From Archaeoglobus fulgidus DSM 4304 (lineage in GTDB: Archaea > Halobacteriota > Archaeoglobi > Archaeoglobales > Archaeoglobaceae): a DNA stretch of 32,000 bases. The DNA lies in the NCBI RefSeq assembly GCF_000008665.1, contig NC_000917.1, positions 570,001 through 602,000 on the forward strand, read 5' to 3'. The position numbers and the translations under genes were made by a program. Shown piece after piece: positions 1-8,330 of the stretch (positions are counted from its first letter, which is position 1; each line of letters begins with the position of its first letter). Below the pieces are notes generated by a model. It worked only from the letters and a program-made list of their open reading frames with translations, ran no database searches and was not told the origin of the DNA.

Positions 1-1061
1 CCTGCCTCCTCAGTGTAAACCCCCCTGTCGTCAACGGGATTGAAAACCTCCAGTCCCTTCTCCACTCCAAGCTCATAGTCCTCAACACCGTGCCCCGGAG
101 CAATGTGGACACAGCCCGTGTTTTCAGCAGTGACGAAGTCAGCAAAGAAAACCTGATGCTTCCAGTTCTTCTGCAACGGCACTTCATCGGCAAGGGGGTG
201 CTCGTACTCCAGACCCTCTAAATCCTCTCCGAGGTAGGTTTCAACCACCTCCCAGCTGTCGTAGTCTCCCTTTCCCAATACGGAGTCGGCAAGCTCCTTT
301 GCGAGGATTAAATATTCAACCTTCCCGTCCTTAACCGCCCTGAACTTTGCGTACTCAAGTGATGGATGAACGGCAACGGCCATGTTGGCTGGAAGTGTCC
401 AGGGCGTGGTGGTCCAGATGACGATGTAGGTGTCCTTCTCCCCCTTTACGGGGAACTTGACGTAGATTGAGGGGTCCTCCTCATCCCAGTACTCCACCTC
501 AGCATCAGCCAGTGCCGTTTCACAGCGGTGGCACCAGTTAACAACCATCTTCTTCCTCTCAAGCAGCCCCCTCTCGTGAGCCCTCTTGATCGCAAACCAC
601 GCAGCGTTCATGTACTCAGCCTTGATGGTCATGTAGGGATTCTCCCAGTCCATCCAGACTGCGAGGCTCTTGAACTGCTCCGTCATGGCGTCTTTGTTGG
701 CCAGAGCGTAGTTCATGCACCTCTCGATGAACTTATCAATTCCAAAACTCTCAATGTCCCTCTTTGTTCTGAATCCAAGCTCCTGCTCCACCTTAACTTC
801 AATTGGCAAACCATGCATGTCCCAGCCCGGAGTGTCTGTGGGAGCAAAGCCCATCATCCTCTTGTAGCGCAGAATGGTATCCTTCAGAACTTTATTCCAC
901 GCAGTTCCCAGATGAATCCTTCCTGTTGTGTAGGGTGGGCCATCAACGAAGTAAAACTTTCTTCCACCTTTCTCCTTAACTTTTCTGTAGATGTCATTAT
1001 CCTCCCAGAACTTGAAAATTTCAGATTCCACATCCTTCGGTGAGTATTTAGCGGGAAGCAT
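1..1061 (-). CDS. ileS: Isoleucyl-tRNA synthetase, N-terminal part (truncated by window edge)
   Basis: Minus-strand translation from ATG at 1061: MLPAKYSPKDVESEIFKFWEDNDIYRKV...FVDGPPYTTGRIHLGTAWNKVLKDTILRYKRM...DTPGWDMHGLPIEVKVEQELG...WMDWENPYMT...IVIWTTTPWTLPANMAVAVHP; class I aaRS HIGH-like motif (HLGT) and the editing-domain WTTTPWTLPAN. Absent from the ORF track because it runs off the edge. Confidence 0.96.
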   Translation of the reverse strand, partial: MLPAKYSPKDVESEIFKFWEDNDIYRKVKEKGGRKFYFVDGPPYTTGRIHLGTAWNKVLKDTILRYKRMMGFAPTDTPGWDMHGLPIEVKVEQELGFRTKRDIESFGIDKFIERCMNYALANKDAMTEQFKSLAVWMDWENPYMTIKAEYMNAAWFAIKRAHERGLLERKKMVVNWCHRCETALADAEVEYWDEEDPSIYVKFPVKGEKDTYIVIWTTTPWTLPANMAVAVHPSLEYAKFRAVKDGKVEYLILAKELADSVLGKGDYDSWEVVETYLGEDLEGLEYEHPLADEVPLQKNWKHQVFFADFVTAENTGCVHIAPGHGVEDYELGVEKGLEVFNPVDDRGVYTEEA

Positions 1062-1234
1062 GAAACCTGAACAGCCGGTGGATTAAAAAAGTTATCAGCT
1101 TTCCTTTCCGGAATTTTGACATGCAAAAGCATATACCATCATGGTGGGGCAGCAAAAATTAGGAGGGATAGTAGGCTGAAAAATAAGGGTTTACATGACA
1201 ATTAAAGTTTAATACCTTCCCTCACTCTCCCTCC

Positions 1235-2161
1235 ATGGACGCTGTAATCTATGGCTTCGGGCCGATAGGAAGGCTGATTGCTGAATGCTGTGCCAAGAGA
1301 GGAATAAACGTCGTTGGAGCTGTTGACATCAATCCAGAGCTGAAGGGGAGGAAGTTGAGTGAATTCGGAATTCAGTCTGACGGCGTAATCAGCGACAGGC
1401 TGGAATTTGAAGGAGACGTTGCCTTCCTCTGCACTGGCTCCTACCTCGACAGAGTTTATCCCCAAATCGAGGAGTGCCTGAGAAAAGGATTCAACGTTAT
1501 AAGCACCTGCGAAACCCTCAGCTATCCCGGCTATCGCTATCCTGAGCTTGCTGAAAAAATCAACAGCCTTGCGGTCGAGAATGGAAAAACTGTCCTTGGA
1601 ACGGGCATAAACCCCGGCTTCCTCCTTGATGCGCTGGTGGTTTTCCTCTCCGCCCCCTTCACGGAAGTTGAGAGGATAAAGGCTGTAAGGTGCATTGATA
1701 CGTTGAAGAGGAGAGAGCCCTTCCAGAAGAAGGTGGGAATTGGCCTGAAACTTGAGGATGCAGAGGAGAAGCTTGAGAAGGGGGAGATTACCGGGCATGT
1801 TGGCTATGCGGAGTCTGTGCTTCTAATCAGTGAGGCCCTTAACTTCTCTCCTGACGAGGTAAGGGAGGGGCAGAAATTTGTGCATGATAGCGGAGAGGTT
1901 CTTGGAGCCATAGGCTACGGAAGTGCTTTGAAAAATGGGGAGGAGAAGATAAGGATTGAATTCCACGCCTACGCCAATGCAGAAGAATACGAGAGAATTG
2001 AAATTTATGGCGACAATAGCATCATCTGGACGTCAACGGGAACAAAGGGCGACCTTGGAACAGCTTCAGTTGCAGTCAACCTTGCAGAGGCTGTTGTTAA
2101 AAGCGAGGCAGGCCTCAAAACAATGGTTGACCTGATACCCTTCAGGGGAAAAATAAGGTAA
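1235..2161 (+). CDS. NAD(P)-dependent oxidoreductase with DapB-like/diaminopentanoate (or homoserine)-dehydrogenase-like fold
   Basis: 308 aa; N-terminal Rossmann IYGFGPIGRLIAECCAKRGINVVGAVDINPELKG, then AFLCTGSY, GTGINPGF, and C-terminal GHVGYAESVLL; this pattern resembles the 2,4-diaminopentanoate dehydrogenase family. Confidence 0.7.
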   Translation: MDAVIYGFGPIGRLIAECCAKRGINVVGAVDINPELKGRKLSEFGIQSDGVISDRLEFEGDVAFLCTGSYLDRVYPQIEECLRKGFNVISTCETLSYPGYRYPELAEKINSLAVENGKTVLGTGINPGFLLDALVVFLSAPFTEVERIKAVRCIDTLKRREPFQKKVGIGLKLEDAEEKLEKGEITGHVGYAESVLLISEALNFSPDEVREGQKFVHDSGEVLGAIGYGSALKNGEEKIRIEFHAYANAEEYERIEIYGDNSIIWTSTGTKGDLGTASVAVNLAEAVVKSEAGLKTMVDLIPFRGKIR

Positions 2162-2165
2162 AAAA

Positions 2166-3158
2166 TTACTGGAGCAATCCCTTTTCTTTATAGTACTTCT
2201 CTGCTCCGGGATGCAGCGGGATTGGCATGCCCTCAAGGGCAGTTTCGAGTGTTATGTCTGCAGCCCTCTTGTGTGCAGCCTCAAGAATATCTCTGTGCTC
2301 GAATATTGCCTTGGTAACCTCGTAAACGAGGTCCTCTGGCAAATCAGCGTTGGTGGCGAGCATTGCAAGGACTGCTACAGTCTTAACGTCCTCGTCAACA
2401 CCCGGATAGGTTCCTGCTGGAATGGTAACCTGAGTGTAGAAGGGATACTGCTCCTTCAGCTTCTGGTAAATCTCGTCCGGAACTTCGACAATCGCCACCT
2501 CTCTGACTGCAGCAACATCGCTGACGGCAGAGGTTGGGATTCCCGCAACGATGAATCCGGCATCAATGGTTCTGTCCTTGAGGGCATCGGCAACCTCCTT
2601 GAAGTCGAGATACCTGATGTCTGTGTTGCTCTCATCAATGCCTGCTGCATTCAGAATCTGCAGTGCATCAACTGCCGTTCCAGAGCCGGGAGCACCAACA
2701 GCAACCTTCTTGCCCTTCAGGTCGTAAACGGTCTTAATTCCGCTCTCCTTTAGCGTCACAATCTGGATGATTTCTGGGTAGAGTGTTGCAACGCCTCTCA
2801 GCTTGTCAATCTTGTTGTCCTTGAACATCTCGATTCCATTGTAGGCGTAGTAGGCAACATCGTTCTGCATAAGTCCAAACTCAGCCTCACCGGCTCCAAC
2901 CTTTCTCGCATTGACGACTGAGGCCCCGCTCGTCACAGCAGTTGCCTTAATGCCGGGAGCGAACTCAGTTATGGCCTGGGCCATCGCTCCTCCGATTGGG
3001 TAGTAAGTTCCCGCAGAACCGCCTGTAAGAATAGTTACCTCTCTCACCTCAGCCACCGTAGTTGTTGCCGCCGGAGTTGTCGTTTTCTCCTCACTTGGCT
3101 GCTGTGCGCATCCCAAAATCAGGGCTGCAAGAAACAGAACAGCCACAATCTTTTTCAT
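2166..3158 (-). CDS. TRAP transporter solute receptor, TAXI family (lipoprotein)
   Basis: 330 aa; lipobox-like LAALILGCAQQ, T-rich linker, TILTGGSAGTYYPIGGAMAQAI, VTSGASVVNARKVGAGEAEFGLMQNDVAYYAYNG, GKKVAVGAPGSGTAVDA; adjacent to the TRAP permease. Confidence 0.93.
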   Translation of the reverse strand: MKKIVAVLFLAALILGCAQQPSEEKTTTPAATTTVAEVREVTILTGGSAGTYYPIGGAMAQAITEFAPGIKATAVTSGASVVNARKVGAGEAEFGLMQNDVAYYAYNGIEMFKDNKIDKLRGVATLYPEIIQIVTLKESGIKTVYDLKGKKVAVGAPGSGTAVDALQILNAAGIDESNTDIRYLDFKEVADALKDRTIDAGFIVAGIPTSAVSDVAAVREVAIVEVPDEIYQKLKEQYPFYTQVTIPAGTYPGVDEDVKTVAVLAMLATNADLPEDLVYEVTKAIFEHRDILEAAHKRAADITLETALEGMPIPLHPGAEKYYKEKGLLQ

Positions 3159-5185
3159 TCTACCACCTCATTATGAAGACTGTATTGCTGTTTTAAAAAT
3201 ATTATTGTGAAAACCACTAAACCCACAACCTTTGCAGTCCAGTCGGGGAAGAGTAGCAAAGCCCCAGCAGCTATTGCAATAAGGCGGTAAGCTTTGCTTA
3301 AAGGCTTGGTTATGCAACCTATGGTGCCCGCATTTATCGCCATTATTCCAAGCATTACCGTAGCAAGTAGAATTAGAAGATTAAAAACGTCAGCGGGAGT
3401 TTTAACGCCTATGAGCAGCAAAGCTGGAGAGAAGATGAAGAGGTAGGGGACGAGGTACTTCCCTATCCCTATTTTAACGGCATTGATTCCCGTTTTCCAT
3501 GGATCACCGCCAGCAATTGCGGAACCGGCGTAAGCTGCGAGGGCTACTGGCGGTGTGAGGTCGGCGGCTACTCCAAAGTAGAAAACAAACATGTGGGCTG
3601 GGAGAACAAGCTCTGGATAGGTTTCGAGGAACTCTCTCACTGGCATCCCGTAGCCCTGCGCCATGAAAGTAATAATGGCTGGAGCGGCAATTGTGCTGGT
3701 GATGATGTAGTTTGCCGTTGTAGGCACACCCATTCCAAGAATTAGGGAGACGAGCATTGTTAGGGCAAGTATTATGGGCAGGTAGCCGTGAGAGAGGGCT
3801 ATGGCAGCAGCAGCGATTTTGAATCCCAAGCCAGTTAGAGTTACAACCCCCACGATGATTCCTGCCGAAGCGCATGCCATCGCAACGGTTGTTGCACTCC
3901 TCCCACCGTGCTCTAAGGCTGAGAGGATGTTGAGAATGGAACCCTTCAGGACTTTACCAAGCGGTTCCCTTTGCTCTGCAGGCTTTCTGTAGTTCATTAT
4001 CAGCGGTTTCAGAATCATTATGGCTATAACCGCATAAATGGAGTAAACTCCAGCAAGAATTGGCGTGTAGCCGCTGACCAGCATGTAGATGATTATGAAG
4101 AGTGGGACGAGGTAGTACCATCCCCCCTTCAAAACCTGAAGGGGTGAGGGGAGCTCTTCTCTGCTCAATCCCCTCAGGTTCTCCTTTCTCGCCTCAAAGT
4201 CCACTGCAGAGAAAACACCAAAGAAGTAGAGGAAGGCTGGGATGATTGCCGCATAAACGATGTTTATGTAGGGCATTCCAACGAACTCGGCCATTATGAA
4301 GGCTGCAGCCCCCATGATGGGCGGCATTATTTGCCCTCCAGTTGATGCAGCGGGCTCCACCGCACCTGCAAACTCTGGCTTATACCCAACCCTCTTCATC
4401 AGCGGGATGGTGAATGCCCCCGTTGTGACCGTGTTGGCAACGGAGCTTCCAGAAATCGTTCCCATGAGGGCTGACGACACAACCGCAGCCTTCGCAGGCC
4501 CTCCAACCATCCAGCCAGTTAAGGAGTAGGCGAGGTCTATGAAGAACCTACCCGCCCCTGACCTTTCAAGGAATGCGCCAAAAATAACGAAAAGGACTAC
4601 GAAGCTCGAAGAAACGGCAATGGGTGTGCCAAAAATCCCTTCCTTGGTGTAGTAGAGGTGCTCAAGAATCTGCTTCCAGTCGTAGGAGGGGTGGGAAAGA
4701 ACACCCGGCAGCGAGGCACCAAACTTGGCGTAGAGGATGAAGATTATCGCAACAACCACGAGAGCAGGATTGACCACTCTCCTCGTCGCCTCAAGGACGA
4801 ATATAACAGCGAGAACTGCTATGAAAAAATCGAAGGGAGTGTAGCCGATGGCAGCCCTGAAGAGCAGTTCCTTGTAGTTCATCGCCAGATAAAATGCTAC
4901 ATAGAATCCTACCGCTGCGAGAATAAAATCGTAAAAGGGGATCTTTGTTTCAGTTCTCTTCTTTGAGAGGGGGTAAATCAGGAAGGCGAGGGCTATGGCA
5001 AAGGCGAGGTGGACAGATTTAACGATGTCGTGCTGAAGCAACCCGGTAAAGGAGCCGTTGATGACGTGAAAGGTTGAGAATACAATTGCCACGGCAGAAA
5101 CTATCAACGCATATCTCCCCTTCAAATCGCGCTCGTGAAGGAACTTCTTCTCAAGCTCTGTCACGTCCACCTCCGCCTCACCCAT
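3155..5185 (-). CDS. TRAP transporter permease, fused DctQ-DctM type (TAXI-TRAP)
   Basis: ORF track 3155..5194, 679 aa; many TM segments, EPAASTGGQIMPPIMGAAAFIMAEFVG, LILGMGVPTTANYIITSTIAAPA, DLTPPVALAAYAGSAIAGGDPWKTG. ATG at 5185 overlaps the upstream stop (ATGA). Confidence 0.93.
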   Translation of the reverse strand: MGEAEVDVTELEKKFLHERDLKGRYALIVSAVAIVFSTFHVINGSFTGLLQHDIVKSVHLAFAIALAFLIYPLSKKRTETKIPFYDFILAAVGFYVAFYLAMNYKELLFRAAIGYTPFDFFIAVLAVIFVLEATRRVVNPALVVVAIIFILYAKFGASLPGVLSHPSYDWKQILEHLYYTKEGIFGTPIAVSSSFVVLFVIFGAFLERSGAGRFFIDLAYSLTGWMVGGPAKAAVVSSALMGTISGSSVANTVTTGAFTIPLMKRVGYKPEFAGAVEPAASTGGQIMPPIMGAAAFIMAEFVGMPYINIVYAAIIPAFLYFFGVFSAVDFEARKENLRGLSREELPSPLQVLKGGWYYLVPLFIIIYMLVSGYTPILAGVYSIYAVIAIMILKPLIMNYRKPAEQREPLGKVLKGSILNILSALEHGGRSATTVAMACASAGIIVGVVTLTGLGFKIAAAAIALSHGYLPIILALTMLVSLILGMGVPTTANYIITSTIAAPAIITFMAQGYGMPVREFLETYPELVLPAHMFVFYFGVAADLTPPVALAAYAGSAIAGGDPWKTGINAVKIGIGKYLVPYLFIFSPALLLIGVKTPADVFNLLILLATVMLGIMAINAGTIGCITKPLSKAYRLIAIAAGALLLFPDWTAKVVGLVVFTIIFLKQQYSLHNEVVE

Positions 5186-5643
5186 CAGCACCACCTCTGC
5201 AACGCTGCCACCAAGGGGCTAATTCTCACGACCTTTATTTCCAGAGAGCTGCCAAATTTGTCAAGGGAAATGCTCTTCCCATCCACCCCAAGGCTGTAGT
5301 GGTTTAAAGGATTTGTGGAGATTCTTAACACTCCAATGCGTCTTTTAATCGCATACTCAAAGCCCTCATCAGTGGTTGTGAAATTCTCTGTGCTGGGCAG
5401 CCCCCAGCCCGCAGACCTGACGAGAGTTTTGTAGAGGTAAATTTCCCCATTCTGGACATAGAAGAAATCAACCTCCTTTGAAAGCTCCACAGAGTGGATA
5501 AAAGATACAGAGAAGTTTTTAGCTGGAAGTATGCAGCTTTCGCTGCCGGAAATGAGGAGGTAATCATTCTGGTGGGCAAGAGAGAGAAGGATGATGGATG
5601 AAACAGCAAAGATGATTGCAGCAGTTGCAACCAGCTTCCCCAT
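5185..5643 (-). CDS. DUF1850 family protein, TAXI-TRAP-associated
   Basis: 152 aa; N-terminal TM, FSVSFIHSVELSKEVDFFYVQNGEIYLYKTLVRSAGWGLPS, typical of the small DUF1850 proteins encoded beside TAXI-TRAP permeases; genomic context agrees. Confidence 0.75.
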   Translation of the reverse strand: MGKLVATAAIIFAVSSIILLSLAHQNDYLLISGSESCILPAKNFSVSFIHSVELSKEVDFFYVQNGEIYLYKTLVRSAGWGLPSTENFTTTDEGFEYAIKRRIGVLRISTNPLNHYSLGVDGKSISLDKFGSSLEIKVVRISPLVAALQRWC

Positions 5644-5645
5644 GA

Positions 5646-6353
5646 CTAAGGTTTGAGAGCGCTGTAAATTTCTTTCCTCTTCTCAATAAACTCCTCCGAG
5701 TTTCTGTCCCTCGGCTTTTCAATGTCAACCTCAACGATTCTCAGGACTCTTGAAGGTCTCGGGGAGAGCACAACCACTCTGTCAGCCAGATAAACAGCCT
5801 CATCAATGCTGTGGGTAACAAAAACGACCGTTTTTCCCTCAACAATTCTGAGAAGTTCCTCCTGCATCCTCTCCCTCGTTCTCGCGTCGAGGCTGGCAAA
5901 GGGCTCGTCCATGAGCAGAAGGTCGGGATTCACTGCTAAAGCCCTCGCAATCCCCACTCTCTGCCTCATTCCTCCACTGAGCTGCTTTGGGTAGTAGTTC
6001 TCAAACCCCCTCAGCCCCACGGCATCTATAATCTCTCTCACAACTCCACCATCCTCAATCCCCGAAGCTCTCAGGGCGAAGAGAATGTTTCCGTAAACTG
6101 TTTTCCACGGCAGAAGCCTGTCGTCCTGAAAAACGAAGCCCATTCTCGCTCCACCTGCAAACTCCACCCTCCCCCCATCCGGCTTCTCAAGACCCGCTAT
6201 AATCTTGAGAATTGTCGTTTTGCCACACCCACTCTCCCCAATAAGGCAGACAAACTCCCCCTTCTCAACGCTGAAAGTCACCCCGTCAAGAACCCTCAGA
6301 TTTCCGTAGCTTTTCTTCAGCCCCTCTACAATTAGCGCCACGGCATCACCCAC
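5646..6353 (-). CDS. ABC transporter ATP-binding protein (nitrate/sulfonate/taurine-type)
   Basis: 235 aa; Walker A GESGCGKTT, signature LSGGMRQRVGIARALAVNPDLLLMDEPFASLD, H-loop VFVTHSIDEAVYLADRVVVLSPRP. Confidence 0.95.
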   Translation of the reverse strand: MGDAVALIVEGLKKSYGNLRVLDGVTFSVEKGEFVCLIGESGCGKTTILKIIAGLEKPDGGRVEFAGGARMGFVFQDDRLLPWKTVYGNILFALRASGIEDGGVVREIIDAVGLRGFENYYPKQLSGGMRQRVGIARALAVNPDLLLMDEPFASLDARTRERMQEELLRIVEGKTVVFVTHSIDEAVYLADRVVVLSPRPSRVLRIVEVDIEKPRDRNSEEFIEKRKEIYSALKP

Positions 6354-7078
6354 CTCTCAGCCCTCAGAAGCAGCCAGTTCATCATGTACCCAATAATTCC
6401 AATCATCGCCATGCCCGCAACAATTTCAGCAGTCCTCCCGCCAACATTGTACATTACCATAATGAAGTAACCCAAGCCCTCTCCGGAGGTAGCAATCATC
6501 TCTGCTGCAATGATGCTCATCCATCCCACACCGAGACCAATTCTGACACCGCTCATAATCCCCTGCAGGGAGTGTGGTACGACTATGTCCGTGATTATTA
6601 GCCTTTCAGGAGCCTTGAAGACCTCGGCCATCTCCAAAAGCTCCTCCGGGACATTTCTTGCGTAGTCAAAAACGGAGATGAAGCAGGGGAAGAAAGCTCC
6701 AACAAAGACTATGAAAATCTGGGAAACTTCAACGGTATTGGGCAGTGGAGCAAAGATTATGTAGGCGAGCGGAATCCAAGCCAAGGGGGGTATGGGGCGC
6801 AAAGCCTCAACTGCGGGTGCAATAAACTCCATAAGCGTTCTGTTCCACCCCGAAATTATTCCGAGAGGTACTGCAATAGAGAAGGCAAGAAAAGAGGCCG
6901 CAAGAACTCTGAAAAGACTCGCAACAGCGTGCTGAACGAGGGTCTTGCCAAGAACCGGCTCTGGGTTAACAAGCAGCGTGAAAAAAACCTCCGCAACCTC
7001 GTGGGGGTGGGGGAGGTCGGTTAGGGCGGAAATCAGATACCAGGAAAAAATGAGTACAAACGCTCCCTTCAGCCTCAT
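6332..7078 (-). CDS. ABC transporter permease (SsuC/TauC-like)
   Basis: 248 aa; HAVASLFRVLAASFLAFSIAVPLGIISG...ALRPIPPLAWIPLAYIIF, EAA-like loop, GVRIGLGVGWMSIIAAEMIATSGEGLGYFI; overlaps its neighbours in the operon. Confidence 0.93.
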   Translation of the reverse strand: MRLKGAFVLIFSWYLISALTDLPHPHEVAEVFFTLLVNPEPVLGKTLVQHAVASLFRVLAASFLAFSIAVPLGIISGWNRTLMEFIAPAVEALRPIPPLAWIPLAYIIFAPLPNTVEVSQIFIVFVGAFFPCFISVFDYARNVPEELLEMAEVFKAPERLIITDIVVPHSLQGIMSGVRIGLGVGWMSIIAAEMIATSGEGLGYFIMVMYNVGGRTAEIVAGMAMIGIIGYMMNWLLLRAERWVMPWR

Positions 7079-8082
7079 GTCGTTATCTCCAGCCCCGCCT
7101 TTTCAGCTGCCATTCTGAGCAGAAAGTCCTGAACTGTTCCAAAGCCCGGAATGGCAACCTTCTTCCCTGCAAGCTCTTCTATGCTGCTGGCACTCCTCGC
7201 AACAATAGCCGAGCCCTCGCTGTTCGCCCCCGCAATTATGCTAATTCTGACGTCATCGTTTACTCTCTTCAGTGTTGCAGGAGCCCCTCCAAGATAGCCC
7301 GCGTCGATTTCCCCGTTCTTGAATCCCTCCATCTCCACAACACCGTTGGCAAACTCCTTTGCCTCAACCTTCAGCCCCACCTGGTCGTAGTAGCCCTCCT
7401 TCATCGCCACGTAGAAGGCGAGCTGGTGGAGGTCAGCTGTGAGATACCCCATTCTCACACTCCTGTTCACCTTTTCCGGAATCCAGCTCTCGTTTTCTGC
7501 AAGCTTGCTGACAACGTAGTCATAGACATCCCTGTAAAGAAAATCGCGGAGGAACTCATCCTCACTTTTGTAACCAAGCTCTCCAACATCCTTCTTGAGG
7601 TAACCACCCTTTTTGAGGTTTTCGTAGTACTTCACGAACTCCCCTTCATCAGGATACTCGATGAACTTGATTCTCGTCAATGCTTCTTCCACGACCTCCT
7701 TGCTTTTTCCCGTAAACTCCATTGCGTACTGTAAAACCTTTTCCCTGTTCTCAGGGTCGTTTATGAACCTGGTTGCCTTCACATGTGCCCAGACGATTGC
7801 TGTAACTACTGCCCTATCATCTTTTTCAGCAGTTGCAACGACGCAGCACGGATGATTCGGCCATATGTCGGCAGAAGTTGTTATTATTTTACCGTATCCT
7901 TTAACAACCGCCTCACTAACGAAAGGCTCCCAGGCTACGAAGGCGTCAATTTCTCCGAGCTTCAGCTGCTCAACCATATCCCTGGGAGACATCGTGACCA
8001 CTTTCACCTTCTTGTCCTCAACCTGTGAGCATCCGGAAAGCATGATTGCCGAGGCTAGCAGCAGAATCAGCAACCTCTTCAT
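7075..8082 (-). CDS. ABC transporter substrate-binding lipoprotein (NMT1/SsuA-like), apparently circularly permuted
   Basis: Start trimmed from 8154 to ATG 8082 (MKRLLILLLASAIMLSGCSQ, lipobox LSGC); the 8154 start lies inside the IS. Contains IDAFVAWEPFVSEAVVKGYGKI...WPNHPCCVVAT first, then RMGYLTADLHQLAFYVAMKEGYYDQVGL...GEIDAGYLGGAPATLKR...EGSAIVAR...ELAGKKVAIPGFGTVQDFLLRMAAEKAGLEITT. Confidence 0.9.
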   Translation of the reverse strand: MKRLLILLLASAIMLSGCSQVEDKKVKVVTMSPRDMVEQLKLGEIDAFVAWEPFVSEAVVKGYGKIITTSADIWPNHPCCVVATAEKDDRAVVTAIVWAHVKATRFINDPENREKVLQYAMEFTGKSKEVVEEALTRIKFIEYPDEGEFVKYYENLKKGGYLKKDVGELGYKSEDEFLRDFLYRDVYDYVVSKLAENESWIPEKVNRSVRMGYLTADLHQLAFYVAMKEGYYDQVGLKVEAKEFANGVVEMEGFKNGEIDAGYLGGAPATLKRVNDDVRISIIAGANSEGSAIVARSASSIEELAGKKVAIPGFGTVQDFLLRMAAEKAGLEITT

Positions 8083-8091
8083 AAAATGCGT

Positions 8092-8102
8092 GGAGGAAGC
8101 GG
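8092..8102. repeat. Left flanking direct repeat (putative target duplication) GGAGGAAGCGG
   Basis: Identical to 9315-9325 across the IS. Confidence 0.75.
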
Positions 8103-8120
8103 TTTTGGGACAAAATTCCT

Positions 8121-8279
8121 TTAATCCCTGACAACAATCACATACGCTCTCCACCCAATATACCTCTTGGGCACATCAACCTTTGCTGAATTACCGAAAG
8201 GCGTGACTCTCTTCTCGAAAACAACCTCAACCTCCTCTTTCAGAACAAAATCTCCCTTCTTCACTTCAACCCTCCTCAT
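8121..8279 (-). CDS. Small IS-associated protein (DUF2080-like transposon-encoded protein)
   Basis: 52 aa from ATG 8279: MRRVEVKKGDFVLKEEVEVVFEKRVTPFGNSAKVDVPKRYIGWRAYVIVVRD; resembles the small AbrB-like/DUF2080 proteins carried by archaeal IS elements. The ORF-track start at 8531 is over-extended into the transposase. Confidence 0.75.
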   Translation of the reverse strand: MRRVEVKKGDFVLKEEVEVVFEKRVTPFGNSAKVDVPKRYIGWRAYVIVVRD

Positions 8280-8330
8280 GTTAAGTATATCCATAGAAAT
8301 ACTTAAATACTTTTTGGTTGGAATCAGAAC

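Noticed and set aside
528-1798. Long antisense ORFs 528..1043 (+), 884..1132 (-) and 1202..1798 (-)
   Set aside because: They lie opposite or out of frame with clear ileS and dehydrogenase coding sequence, have low-complexity or implausible composition and no recognisable motifs. They are shadow ORFs of GC-rich coding DNA.
7089-8154. ORF-track start of the ABC receptor at 8154
   Set aside because: The first 24 residues (MESVCDCCQGLKEFCPKTASSTHF) are encoded partly by the IS terminus. A normal lipoprotein signal starts at ATG 8082.
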